Below are positions 30,435-39,193 of a DNA stretch of 64,000 nt, one piece after another. The position numbers and the translations under genes were made by a program. Under the pieces are notes generated by a model, which saw nothing but the letters and a program-made list of their open reading frames with translations, ran no database searches and was not told the origin of the DNA. Every line of letters starts with the position of its first letter. Within the stretch, counting starts at the first letter, position 1. This stretch comes from a virus. Taxonomy: Duplodnaviria; Caudoviricetes. The stretch lies in the IMG/VR virus record IMGVR_UViG_3300042540_000565, positions 2,018-66,017 of that record. One strand, written 5' to 3'.

Positions 30435-30854
30435 ATGGCAACATATTTAGATAACTTAGGAGATAATCAGTTTGTAGTAGTTAGAGATATTAATCATCCT
30501 CGACAGGAGCTTCTTATAGACGCTAATAGTTTGAATAATGATTCTGTTACATACAAAGTATATACCGCTTTATTAACTCAGTCAGGAATAGATGCACCAA
30601 CAGCTATTGTTTTAGAAAATACTATTGGTGATATTGTTTGGACTTATGATAGTGTTGGTGTATATTTTGGACAATTAACTAATGCTTTTATAGAAGATAA
30701 AACTTATCTTTTTGCATATATACTTCCAACATCAATAATAGGATTTCAAAGAGACGATGAAAATCAAATTAATATAGGAACTACTGATAATTTAGGAGTA
30801 AAAACTAATGGATTACTGAATAGTACATCAATAGAAATTCGAGTTTACAATTAA
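30435..30854 (+). CDS. Fibre-associated beta-domain protein (paralogue B)
   Basis: Shares the N-terminal MATxLDxLGxNQFxxVRDINHPRQxLxIDANxLNND and the C-terminal IEIRVYN with the previous ORF. Confidence 0.6.
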   Translation: MATYLDNLGDNQFVVVRDINHPRQELLIDANSLNNDSVTYKVYTALLTQSGIDAPTAIVLENTIGDIVWTYDSVGVYFGQLTNAFIEDKTYLFAYILPTSIIGFQRDDENQINIGTTDNLGVKTNGLLNSTSIEIRVYN

Positions 30855-30875
30855 AAAAAATTAAATAAATAAATT

Positions 30876-31208
30876 ATGGCAAGTAGAAGATTATATGTAA
30901 GCAATGGTATTACCGTTGATGCTGCCTGGACTAAATATATTGCTGTCTCTGAAAATGGGGTAAACTGGACCACCATTCCTAAAGAAGGAACAATGGTTAG
31001 ATCTTCATTCCGTTCATCAGGAAATACTATTCCTCCTAATGTAATAGGACCGAGACTTAATACCCGAATCTCATTAGTGGATTCTGGAGGAACTCAGATT
31101 ATGGGATTTGAATGTGACAATGTTGTTAACCAAGCTACGTGGCAAGGTAAAACTCCTGCTGCACTTCAGGTTGCTGTAGACGATATTACAACATGGTTAT
31201 CATTGTAA
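30876..31208 (+). CDS. Small structural protein of unknown function
   Basis: 110 aa in the fibre operon, with an A-rich start context. Confidence 0.5.
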   Translation: MASRRLYVSNGITVDAAWTKYIAVSENGVNWTTIPKEGTMVRSSFRSSGNTIPPNVIGPRLNTRISLVDSGGTQIMGFECDNVVNQATWQGKTPAALQVAVDDITTWLSL

Positions 31209-31211
31209 TGA

Positions 31212-33122
31212 ATGTCTCAAACCAAGATATACACTCTATCAGAGATACAAAGAATTAATGACTCCCGGGTTGCTATATCCGGGCATCGTTATACTGATAC
31301 TTTTGGTAATGTATGGGTTGGAACTGATTACAGGAGATTACAAATATTAAGCGGCTCTACCGCTGTGTGGGGGAACATTTCAGGAACCCTTTCTGATCAA
31401 TCAGATTTATGGTTGACTCTTCAATCAAAACAAGATTTACTTGTTAGTGGTACAAACATAAAAACCATAAATGGAAATTCACTCCTTGGCTCTGGGAATA
31501 TTTCTATTGTTGGAGGAGTACAAAGTGTTACCGGTTTAAATACGGATAATACTGATCCCTTAAATCCCGTAGTTGAAATTTCTGTTGATGGCGTAACCAT
31601 TACAGGAGATGGAACGCCAGGCAATCCTTTGATTTCCGTTAGTGGTGGAGGTTCAGTCAACTCAGTTACTGATGATGGTAATGGAGTGGTAACGGTTGAC
31701 AATACAGATCCCGTAAATCCCGTAATAGAATTTAATGGAGTCAATGTAGATGGAACTACAGTTACAGGAGATGGTACTTCGGGCAATCCATTGGTTGCTA
31801 CTGGAGGAATATTGAAGGGTACAGCTTCGGGAACAGATACGTTCACTACTACAATTACAGGAGTAGCTGCATACACAGATGGTGATGCGTATCTTATCAG
31901 GTTTACAAATGGAAATACAACTGGATGCACATTAAACATTAATTCACTCGGTGCAAAAACATTGTATCGAAACAATGATGGGCAATTAATAGGTGGAGAT
32001 ATTACTGCCGGAGCGGAAATGTTGTGCGTTTATAATTCAACTGCGAATAATTTTCAGCTTATTGGGACTGCTCCAAATAGTTTGTTTGCTTATGTTACGA
32101 ATGACGATTCTGTGACTATTACTAAAGGAATGCCTGTATATGCTTTTAGTGGACAAGGTGACCGTTTGACTGTTAAACGGGCATACAATACCACAGATGC
32201 TACTTCGGCACAAACAGTAGGGCTTGTATTATCTACATCGATTGCTGCGAACCAAAAGGGATTGATAATGATGCAAGGTTTGTTGGACGGGTTAAGTATA
32301 TTACCAACGGCAACATGGAATGATGGCGATCCTGTTTACTTAGGCGCAACTGCCGGAACTATTACTAAGGTAAAGCCACACGCTCCAAATCATTTGGTAT
32401 ATTTAGGCTTTGTTACAACAGCAAGTAATGGTAGTGCGGGAAGATTATACGTAAGGGTTCAAAATGGTTATGAGTTGGATGAGATTCACGATGTGAAAAT
32501 TGTTACACCATTAAACAATCAAGGTATTTTTTATAATAACTCGAATACATTATGGGAAAACAAAACAATAATTTCTGCATTGTCAGGAACGAAAGCAGAA
32601 TTTGATACTGCGTGTTCAGATGGTAACTTTGTTTTTGTTGGGGATGCAATATTGAATCCAGAAGGTTGGACAGTAATTGTGAAGAGTGCAAACCAAGACG
32701 TAACAAATAGTGCAACATTAACTAATGATACAGATTTACAATTCTCAGTTGTCGCGGGTGGTCATTATATGATTGAAATGGATATTGTAATTTCTGCAAG
32801 CAATATAACGGGCGATTATAAAAATGCATTTTTCGTAAGTGCGGGAACAATGTTAGGAACGGGGTTTATGATAGGACCAACGGCAACGGGAACGGCACAA
32901 GTAAATATTTATTCTTCAAATACGGTAGCGACAAGCACAAGTTTAGTGTTAGGTACACAAACGGCAAATATTGATTTGTTATCGAGTATAAAAATTATAT
33001 ACTCGTTTCAAGCTTCAGCAAATGCTACCTTATCATATCAATTTGCAAATAATGCAGCAGCAGCGGGTAGAATTTCACGAACGTGGAAAGGTTCGATTTT
33101 AAAATATAAAAGAATAGATTAA
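31212..33122 (+). CDS. Tail fibre/receptor-binding protein
   Basis: 636 aa; KQDLLVSGTNIKTINGNSLLGSGNI fibre motif, duplicated DNTDPxNPV..VDGxTxTGDGTxGNPL repeats, and a distinct C-terminal beta domain. Confidence 0.8.
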   Translation: MSQTKIYTLSEIQRINDSRVAISGHRYTDTFGNVWVGTDYRRLQILSGSTAVWGNISGTLSDQSDLWLTLQSKQDLLVSGTNIKTINGNSLLGSGNISIVGGVQSVTGLNTDNTDPLNPVVEISVDGVTITGDGTPGNPLISVSGGGSVNSVTDDGNGVVTVDNTDPVNPVIEFNGVNVDGTTVTGDGTSGNPLVATGGILKGTASGTDTFTTTITGVAAYTDGDAYLIRFTNGNTTGCTLNINSLGAKTLYRNNDGQLIGGDITAGAEMLCVYNSTANNFQLIGTAPNSLFAYVTNDDSVTITKGMPVYAFSGQGDRLTVKRAYNTTDATSAQTVGLVLSTSIAANQKGLIMMQGLLDGLSILPTATWNDGDPVYLGATAGTITKVKPHAPNHLVYLGFVTTASNGSAGRLYVRVQNGYELDEIHDVKIVTPLNNQGIFYNNSNTLWENKTIISALSGTKAEFDTACSDGNFVFVGDAILNPEGWTVIVKSANQDVTNSATLTNDTDLQFSVVAGGHYMIEMDIVISASNITGDYKNAFFVSAGTMLGTGFMIGPTATGTAQVNIYSSNTVATSTSLVLGTQTANIDLLSSIKIIYSFQASANATLSYQFANNAAAAGRISRTWKGSILKYKRID

Positions 33123-33124
33123 TT

Positions 33125-33475
33125 ATGGGTTTAGAAATTAGCAAAGGTTTGCCAACACAAATCACAAATGAAGATGGCACAATTACTACGGTAGATGCGA
33201 AAGCAATTCACATCAAAGGAACGGATATTGAATTGCAATCGGTGTACGGTAGAGCATCATTAATTTGTTTGCAGGATGGTTTAACAATAAGCGTTACCGT
33301 TAAGACTTATATGGATTATTATGCCTATAAAAATACAAGTGAGTTAACTACTGACATCAATCAATTATCATTTGACTTTGTAATATTAGAAACGGAAACG
33401 CAATCGATTGATGTGGCTCTTGAATATGCGAAAAATAGATTTATTGAAATGGGTTATAACTGTGAAATAAATTGA
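33125..33475 (+). CDS. Probable tail fibre assembly chaperone
   Basis: 116 aa directly after the fibre gene; MGLEISK start and aromatic C-terminal helix as in fibre chaperones. Confidence 0.5.
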   Translation: MGLEISKGLPTQITNEDGTITTVDAKAIHIKGTDIELQSVYGRASLICLQDGLTISVTVKTYMDYYAYKNTSELTTDINQLSFDFVILETETQSIDVALEYAKNRFIEMGYNCEIN

Positions 33476-33497
33476 GGGATAAATTGAAATAATTTTA

Positions 33498-33505
33498 TAT
33501 TTTTG
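33498..33505 (+). promoter_or_regulatory. -7 box TATTTTTG before the lysis region
   Basis: TAnnTTTG match in the intergenic gap. Confidence 0.45.
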
Positions 33506-33522
33506 TAAAAATAACTAACCCT

Positions 33523-33951
33523 ATGAAAATAAAAAACAAAAACCTGAAAGCCTTGATGGAGGTAAACAACATTGTTATCAGCAATGTAACTCTAAAAGTA
33601 CAACTTGAAAAGCCATTATTATCTATTTTGTCAGCGCAAAAGAACTTTAAGACGCTGAGAGAATTTCTTATTGCTTTTGAGAACGACAAGGAAACAATCA
33701 AAAAGGAATCATCCCTAAAAGACGAGAAGGGTGAAGCTATTGTTTTAGATACTCCACAAGGAAAGGCTTATGATATCCCTGAAGAAAAGAAGGCTGAGGC
33801 TATGGCTGCTATGTCTGAAGTTGCGGAACAAGACGTTGAAGTTTCTTTATCTGTTTTTTCAGAGAATAGCTGTGATGTAATTTGTAAGCATCTGAATGGT
33901 GAGCAAACGGAAGTTTTGATTGAGTTCTTGCTTGAAAGAAAGGATGAATAA
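33523..33951 (+). CDS. Helical phage protein (DUF1617-like) between fibre and lysis genes
   Basis: 142 aa, charged and helical; typical position. Confidence 0.45.
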   Translation: MKIKNKNLKALMEVNNIVISNVTLKVQLEKPLLSILSAQKNFKTLREFLIAFENDKETIKKESSLKDEKGEAIVLDTPQGKAYDIPEEKKAEAMAAMSEVAEQDVEVSLSVFSENSCDVICKHLNGEQTEVLIEFLLERKDE

Positions 33952-33963
33952 AAACTACACAAT

Positions 33964-34404
33964 ATGGTAATCTTGGACTCCGGTACAGCTATGGACTTAA
34001 CTTTTACGTTAAGTGATATAATAATTATATTAAGCATAATTGCCGGAGGAATTGCCGGGTGGGTAAAGATGGTGAGGAATGATGACCGTGTTGATAGTCA
34101 GATTTTATTTTTATCTGAAAAGTTAAAAGACCATAGAGAAAAGGACAGCTCTGATAAGAAAGAGTTTTTCGAAAAGTATCAGGAGTATAAGATCCATACC
34201 TCCAATGGTAGAAAGGCTGAAAAAAAGGAAATCATGGATATGGTAGAGAAACAAATTCAAACTACCCACGCCCGTATAGACAGGGTTAGGGATGACAATA
34301 TTAAGTCATACGAGAAGCTTGAAAAAGAAATAGCTGAACTGCGTAAAGAGCAGACTGCTCACACAGAAAAAATCCTTGACGCAATAAGTAAAAAACGAGC
34401 TTAA
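33964..34404 (+). CDS. Membrane protein with one TM segment plus coiled coil (holin-associated)
   Basis: IIIILSIIAGGIAGWV TM segment, then a long coiled coil; immediately upstream of the endolysin. Confidence 0.55.
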   Translation: MVILDSGTAMDLTFTLSDIIIILSIIAGGIAGWVKMVRNDDRVDSQILFLSEKLKDHREKDSSDKKEFFEKYQEYKIHTSNGRKAEKKEIMDMVEKQIQTTHARIDRVRDDNIKSYEKLEKEIAELRKEQTAHTEKILDAISKKRA

Positions 34405-34871
34405 TGGAAAATATATCCGCTCACATCACCTATAAGGAGGCTACTAAAAGTGATACCGCTATTAGGTTAGGTATAGAGAACGAGCCAAACGAATATCAGC
34501 TTTCTAAGATGAAGGCTTTAGCTGAAACTATTTTTGAACCTACAAGACGTCACTTTGGTAAACCAATTAAAGTATCTTCTTTCTTTAGGTCAGAGGAATT
34601 AAACTCTGCTGTTGGTGGAAGTTCTACTTCTCAACACGTAAGGGGTGAGGCTATGGATATTGATAATGATGGTTCATCCCCCACTAATCGTGAGATATTC
34701 GATTACATCAAGGATAACCTTGTATTCGATCAATTAATTTTTGAGGCAGGTACTAAAGATAATCCGGATTGGGTACACGTTTCTAAAAAATTAGAAGGTG
34801 TAAATCGTGGACAGGTGCTACGAATGAGCTACAAGAAAGGCAAAGTCATTTACGAAAACTATGTGCCATGA
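34404..34871 (+). CDS. Endolysin, peptidase M15A family
   Basis: SSFFRSEELNSAVGGSSTSQHVRGEAMDI...WVHVS is the Peptidase_M15_3 zinc-binding motif. Confidence 0.9.
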   Translation: MENISAHITYKEATKSDTAIRLGIENEPNEYQLSKMKALAETIFEPTRRHFGKPIKVSSFFRSEELNSAVGGSSTSQHVRGEAMDIDNDGSSPTNREIFDYIKDNLVFDQLIFEAGTKDNPDWVHVSKKLEGVNRGQVLRMSYKKGKVIYENYVP

Positions 34872-35128
34872 GTGAAATAAAATACAGAGGATTTGTAATT
34901 GAGATGAGAGCTTTATGGTCTAATGAACGAAGCTACTTTTCCAAGAAGAGAATAGAAAGCACATTTATTTTTCTGTCGGTTTTAGTTACCTACATTTGGT
35001 TCTGTGCCTTAAACCTTGACATAATTAGCGCGATTGATTTTACGATTGTTTCCGGAGCTATGATGGTGTATGGTGGATATACCGTCAATAGTATTCAGAA
35101 GGAAAAGAAAATTAATAAGGAGTTATGA
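34868..35128 (+). CDS. Holin (two TM segments)
   Basis: 86 aa, two hydrophobic helices, FSKKRIES motif and basic C-terminus; next to the endolysin. Confidence 0.7.
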   Translation: MSEIKYRGFVIEMRALWSNERSYFSKKRIESTFIFLSVLVTYIWFCALNLDIISAIDFTIVSGAMMVYGGYTVNSIQKEKKINKEL

Positions 35129-35463
35129 ATATAAGTAGAGAAGCTATAATGGGAATATTTTTTGTGGCATTCTTGTTTGTTGCCGCCATTTATGTTCGTA
35201 ATCAGAAGTCAAAAGTTGTTTTTTCTGGTGACAAAAACTCACAAGAAATAATCGATAGTCTGTATAAAGCTAATAAGCAAAGCCTCGACAGTATTTATTC
35301 ACTAAATGTTTTGTTAGAAGCATCCCACAATCGTGAGAAGGAATTAACCCTGATTGAATCTAAAATAAAATATATCTATGTTAAAGAACGTATTGATTTT
35401 GTTAACGCTACTATTAGTGGCAAAGACTCAATCCTCCGCGCAGATCTTGGTATTGAAAGGTGA
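35125..35463 (+). CDS. Inner-spanin-like protein
   Basis: N-terminal TM segment plus coiled coil in the lysis cassette. Confidence 0.55.
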   Translation: MNISREAIMGIFFVAFLFVAAIYVRNQKSKVVFSGDKNSQEIIDSLYKANKQSLDSIYSLNVLLEASHNREKELTLIESKIKYIYVKERIDFVNATISGKDSILRADLGIER

Positions 35464-35788
35464 TACCCTCTCTTGTTACACATCGAAGGAGCTGGATATT
35501 ATTGGAAGCAGAATAAAGGACGCTAAGGAGTGCGACACTACCCTTAGTGTTGTTCGTTTACAGTTAGAGGAGGAAAGGGAACAGTCAGCCTATTTAGAGG
35601 CTCAGGTGGGGGAATATGAAAGCATCAGACTAAATGATCAGACTATTGCTAAACAGAAGGACTACCTGATAGAGGCAAGGGATATGGAAATTAAATCTCT
35701 TTCTAAAGAGGTAAGGAAACAAAAGGTCTTAAAGGTTATTGGAACCGGACTATTCGCTATAACAACAATCATTTTTATAGTTCTCTAA
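35378..35788 (+). CDS. Second spanin-like protein in an overlapping frame
   Basis: Signal peptide, coiled coil and C-terminal hydrophobic segment; overlaps the previous ORF by 86 nt. Confidence 0.5.
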   Translation: MLKNVLILLTLLLVAKTQSSAQILVLKGDTLSCYTSKELDIIGSRIKDAKECDTTLSVVRLQLEEEREQSAYLEAQVGEYESIRLNDQTIAKQKDYLIEARDMEIKSLSKEVRKQKVLKVIGTGLFAITTIIFIVL

Positions 35789-35931
35789 TGTGCGGGTGTA
35801 CATCTTCAAGTAACAAAAAGGTTACAGCCCCCAAGCCAAATAATATAAAGGCGGTTAAAAAGGCGGGTAGTTATGTTGTGTCCCGCCCTATTCAGACAAG
35901 CATTAAGCCTAAGTATGGGTACACGTCTTAA
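35788..35931 (+). CDS. 47-aa basic protein starting MCGC (below the ORF-track threshold)
   Basis: TAATG-coupled to the previous stop; MCGCTSSSNKKVTAPKPNNIKAVKKAGSYVVSRPIQTSIKPKYGYTS*. Confidence 0.55.
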   Translation: MCGCTSSSNKKVTAPKPNNIKAVKKAGSYVVSRPIQTSIKPKYGYTS

Positions 35932-36239
35932 ATAGGTAAATCATTTTCATCATCCATCTTAAATTTAGGTTTCTCTGGCTCCCCGCCACCTCCCTTATAA
36001 AGTTTTTGGGCGAACTCTTGATCATCCTTTTTAGAGATAACTACTTTTAAAACTTTCGTATTTATTGTGGGGTCCCAATGAATCCATCCAAGAACAACGT
36101 AATCGTTTCCTTCCGCATCAAACTTATTGGTGAACCCTATCAGATCGGGGTGGTTAGGTTTTAGCTTACGAATGTTTGGTTTCATCACCAACTTTACTTG
36201 GTGGATAACCTTCTCGAAGAATGCTCTTTTATCTTCCAT
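35928..36239 (-). CDS. Small beta protein with an SSB-like acidic tail (DENDLPI), DUF736-like
   Basis: PNHPDLIG motif and acidic/hydrophobic terminus. Confidence 0.45.
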   Translation of the reverse strand: MEDKRAFFEKVIHQVKLVMKPNIRKLKPNHPDLIGFTNKFDAEGNDYVVLGWIHWDPTINTKVLKVVISKKDDQEFAQKLYKGGGGEPEKPKFKMDDENDLPI

Positions 36240-36705
36240 TGAGTTTGTCTTTTAGGTTAATGATATACGACATTACCGCATCCTTTTTATGGAGCCAAAT
36301 AATTTGATGTTTCACCCCTGATGTTATGAGTTGATAAGAAAGCATTTTATATTTCATCTTCGACTCTTCCGTTTCGAATCCTTTGGTGTCAAAATAAATG
36401 AATGTTCCATCAGGAAGGTTAATCCTAAAGTCAATAAACATATTCATCCGCTTGATTGTTTCTCCCTTCCAATTAACGTGGGATGGGAATAGTTGATACT
36501 TGAATTGGTAATCAAATTTGAATTTGAATTTGGTTAACATCTCATAGGCGTATAGCTCCAGCTCGGAATCGAAGGTTAGACCGTATCGTTCCACCTTATT
36601 GTTGTTATACTTCTGTCCATTGCCTTGTGATTTCTTTTTGGACTTACCCCATCCACCGGAAGCTGCTAAAGCTTTAGCTTGGTCAACGCTTATTTGCTCA
36701 CTCAT
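36229..36705 (-). CDS. PD-(D/E)XK endonuclease, DUF1064 family
   Basis: KYNNNKVERYGLTFDSELE...FIDFRI...YFDTKGFET. Confidence 0.8.
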   Translation of the reverse strand: MSEQISVDQAKALAASGGWGKSKKKSQGNGQKYNNNKVERYGLTFDSELELYAYEMLTKFKFKFDYQFKYQLFPSHVNWKGETIKRMNMFIDFRINLPDGTFIYFDTKGFETEESKMKYKMLSYQLITSGVKHQIIWLHKKDAVMSYIINLKDKLNGR

Positions 36706-36706
36706 A

Positions 36707-37192
36707 TTATTTTTTTATTGCGTGATATCTATTTACTAATCTTTCAAAATGTGTGTCTGCTTCAGGGAGCGATCTTTCTTTTACTGAATTATACTTCTTG
36801 ACGATATCCAGGTTAGGTTTATAGGCGCTCAATCTTTCTTGATAAGATCTTCTGTCGAAGTTATATGAAACAGACATATTTTCTATTTTATCAGCTGAAT
36901 AAACAGGGGTATATATTTCTCCTCCCGACAACATTTGTTCCTCTGTTAATTCCGTATAGTATCCTGTAAACTTATCGTGTTGTTTGGGGAGATCAAGAAG
37001 CTTTGCTTCCACGGGGTTTTTCATTTTCCTCTGCTCATCTATTGATGATGTATAGAATGAAACATAACTCTTTACTACTTCGAATGGCACGTCTATAAAT
37101 TCAGCTGTCTTTTCCATTGTTACATTTTCCTTGATGCAGTAATGATATATTCGTTTGCGAATATGTAGGGTTGGCATTTCTATTTCTTTCAT
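36707..37192 (-). CDS. Hypothetical protein with an N-terminal HTH-like segment
   Basis: 161 aa ORF in the operon. Confidence 0.5.
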   Translation of the reverse strand: MKEIEMPTLHIRKRIYHYCIKENVTMEKTAEFIDVPFEVVKSYVSFYTSSIDEQRKMKNPVEAKLLDLPKQHDKFTGYYTELTEEQMLSGGEIYTPVYSADKIENMSVSYNFDRRSYQERLSAYKPNLDIVKKYNSVKERSLPEADTHFERLVNRYHAIKK

Positions 37193-37196
37193 AATT

Positions 37197-37616
37197 TTAG
37201 TTTTTAAATAATTCTTTTAGTTCTCGTTCTTCTACAATCTCATCCCTGTTGGATTTCTTTTCGTGATACCAGCTATGACACTCCCTGCAAACTAAGGTGA
37301 GGTTCTTTGTGTTGTGTATCTCGGGGTGGTATGGCTGCTCACTACGATAGATAAGATGGTGAATTTCCACGCTTCCAATTTTATTACATCGTTCACAGGA
37401 GGTTTTCAGATTCTTTTTTAGTTGCTCAAAGATTAATCTTTTACGTTGGCGTGAATAGAAATTTAATTCCGCTTTACGCTTGTCGCTAATCTGAGGGATT
37501 GGTTTTTTAATCTTCGGCTTCTTATGCTTCGATGCACAGTAGGGTGAACAATATTTTTGGCAGAAGTTCTTCACCTCAAACTCCTTCTCACAAGCCTTAC
37601 ATTTCTTTGGCTTCAT
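37197..37616 (-). CDS. HNH endonuclease with an N-terminal Zn ribbon (NinG/Rap-like position)
   Basis: CKAC...YCSPYC; CERC...HHLIYRS...NLTLVCRECHSWYH. Likely start is ATG 37616 rather than 37700. Confidence 0.75.
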   Translation of the reverse strand: MKPKKCKACEKEFEVKNFCQKYCSPYCASKHKKPKIKKPIPQISDKRKAELNFYSRQRKRLIFEQLKKNLKTSCERCNKIGSVEIHHLIYRSEQPYHPEIHNTKNLTLVCRECHSWYHEKKSNRDEIVEERELKELFKN

Positions 37617-37762
37617 TGTCTGCCCCTTCTCTCCGCTTTCATTCTTTTCCTGTTCCTTGCCTCCTCGATCAGCAGCGTTAATCCACTCAGGTAATACCAC
37701 GCTACGTAGATTCCAAAGAATATGTATAGACCGATTGGCGTGTATAAAATTGTGTCTTTCAT
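37613..37762 (-). CDS. 49-aa single-pass membrane protein
   Basis: MKDTILYTPIGLYIFFGIYVAWYYLSGLTLLIEEARNRKRMKAERRGRQ*; ATGA-coupled to the HNH start. Confidence 0.55.
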   Translation of the reverse strand: MKDTILYTPIGLYIFFGIYVAWYYLSGLTLLIEEARNRKRMKAERRGRQ

Positions 37763-37772
37763 ACTTACTTAT

Positions 37773-37997
37773 TTATAAAAAATTTGTAGGAAATACAACT
37801 GAGTTTCTTTCAATATTCCATTTAGCACCCATATTTGCCAATTCTTTTAATGTTTTTACATCTCCCCATTTTTTTTCTTTTACAAGTTTTTCTATCAACT
37901 CATCTGTTAAAATTACTTCATCTTTGCCTGATAAAAAATCATTAATTTGTTTTTCTGTTTTCATGTTATGGTTTTGGAGGGTTAGTTGTTTCTTCAT
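37773..37997 (-). CDS. Hypothetical protein
   Basis: ORF in the operon; the likely start is the internal MKTEKQ. Confidence 0.45.
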   Translation of the reverse strand: MKKQLTLQNHNMKTEKQINDFLSGKDEVILTDELIEKLVKEKKWGDVKTLKELANMGAKWNIERNSVVFPTNFL

Positions 37998-38316
37998 ATT
38001 GCAAGTTCATTTGAAATCTTCTTCCAATCCAAATAGCAGAATCTAAATCTTTAATATTGATTTTAAATTCAGTATCACAAAATGGCTCTTTTTTTAGTAT
38101 TTCATAATCTATATTTAAGTATTTCAATAGTTCCTCGAATGTAGAATCATTTAACCTATGAATAAATACAGAGCCTTTTACTTCCTCCCTCTCTGATGCT
38201 TTGAGTTGCCTAATTTTTTGCATTAATAATTTCATTAAGTATTCAGAATTACCTGTGCCTAATACTTTTTTATTCTCATCAATCCAATTTTCTAATTCTT
38301 CAAGTTCTTTGCTCAT
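37966..38316 (-). CDS. Hypothetical protein
   Basis: 116 aa ORF with an A-rich start context. Confidence 0.5.
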   Translation of the reverse strand: MSKELEELENWIDENKKVLGTGNSEYLMKLLMQKIRQLKASEREEVKGSVFIHRLNDSTFEELLKYLNIDYEILKKEPFCDTEFKINIKDLDSAIWIGRRFQMNLQYEETTNPPKP

Positions 38317-38369
38317 TTTAGTTTTGTTTAGTTAGTTAATATTTCCCCGATTCCGCAATTGGAAACTGC

Positions 38370-38500
38370 GGATAACATTGTGTATAAGAAATAGGGACTG
38401 TTGTGCCACCATTCGATGGTGTTAATGAATTGAGTATGCACCCTCGCATCAAAACCGTTCGCCAAATTCCCCTACTTCTCATGCACAAGTACTGTTATTA
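38370..38500. mobile_element. Integron attC-like recombination site (Bacteroidota type)
   Basis: GGATAAC-ATTGTGTATAAGAAATAGGG ... CCCTACTTCTCATGCACAAGTACT-GTTATTA: a 131-bp imperfect inverted repeat with AAC/GTT core ends and extra unpaired bases in one arm. Confidence 0.65.
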
Positions 38501-38728
38501 CTACCAATTATTAATATTGGTTATGCAATATCTGCTTCCTACATAAGCATTCATCCAATCACCCTGACTGAGAACAAACTCCTTGTTGTTGTCGCTACAC
38601 TCATTTTTAATTACTACACTATAATTTTGTGCATTATCTGATTGTATAATACCACAGTTACATGGCTCATCTTTTTTGCAGGAGCTAATTAAAGCTACAA
38701 CCGCGATTGCTAAAATTGTTTTTTTCAT
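38501..38728 (-). CDS. Small lipoprotein
   Basis: MKKTILAIAVVALISS-C-KKD signal peptide and lipobox; CNCG and YC cysteines. Confidence 0.75.
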   Translation of the reverse strand: MKKTILAIAVVALISSCKKDEPCNCGIIQSDNAQNYSVVIKNECSDNNKEFVLSQGDWMNAYVGSRYCITNINNW

Positions 38729-38761
38729 TTTGTTTTGTTTATTGATTTTACTTTTGATTAA

Positions 38762-39121
38762 TTATAAAAATTTTTTCAATCCGTTAGCCCCTGTTAATAT
38801 TCCGGCAGCCCGTTCTTCGAGGGAGGTAATTTGTTTAGCTATCTCTTCTTTATCGTGAGAAACATAATACCCTCGTGAAGTTCCTATAAGTGGTATCATT
38901 CCATTCCTCCGTATAAAGTTACACAATTTTCTCAGGCGAGATCCGGAGAGTTTCTTTTTCAATCCGAACTTTTCTTTGTTATCATTGATAGCCTTTATGA
39001 TTGCCGGCTCCTTAATCGGGTTGTTCTTTCCGTGTGTAGAGAACCCTTGTATAAGTAGAGGAACCAACTTTTTTTCTTCGGGGGTTAGTTCCGCTGTTTC
39101 GAGGGGAAAGTTTGTTATCAT
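38762..39121 (-). CDS. Winged-helix DNA-binding protein
   Basis: LSGSRLRKLCNFIRRNGMIPLIGTSRGYY wing motif. Confidence 0.6.
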   Translation of the reverse strand: MITNFPLETAELTPEEKKLVPLLIQGFSTHGKNNPIKEPAIIKAINDNKEKFGLKKKLSGSRLRKLCNFIRRNGMIPLIGTSRGYYVSHDKEEIAKQITSLEERAAGILTGANGLKKFL

Positions 39122-39193
39122 TTTGTTTTTCTTTAAAGATTTTCCATCCGTTCTTTTGTTGTTCTTGGTATTCCTTCCAAGATAAATTTTCTG

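Noticed and set aside
31212-33122. Diversity-generating retroelement target in the fibre genes
   Set aside because: No reverse transcriptase and no template/variable repeat pair differing at adenines was seen.
35851-35890. GGCGGG...CCCGCC hairpin as a bidirectional terminator
   Set aside because: It lies inside the coupled 47-aa ORF, and has a long loop and no plus-strand T-tract; a minus-strand role cannot be excluded.
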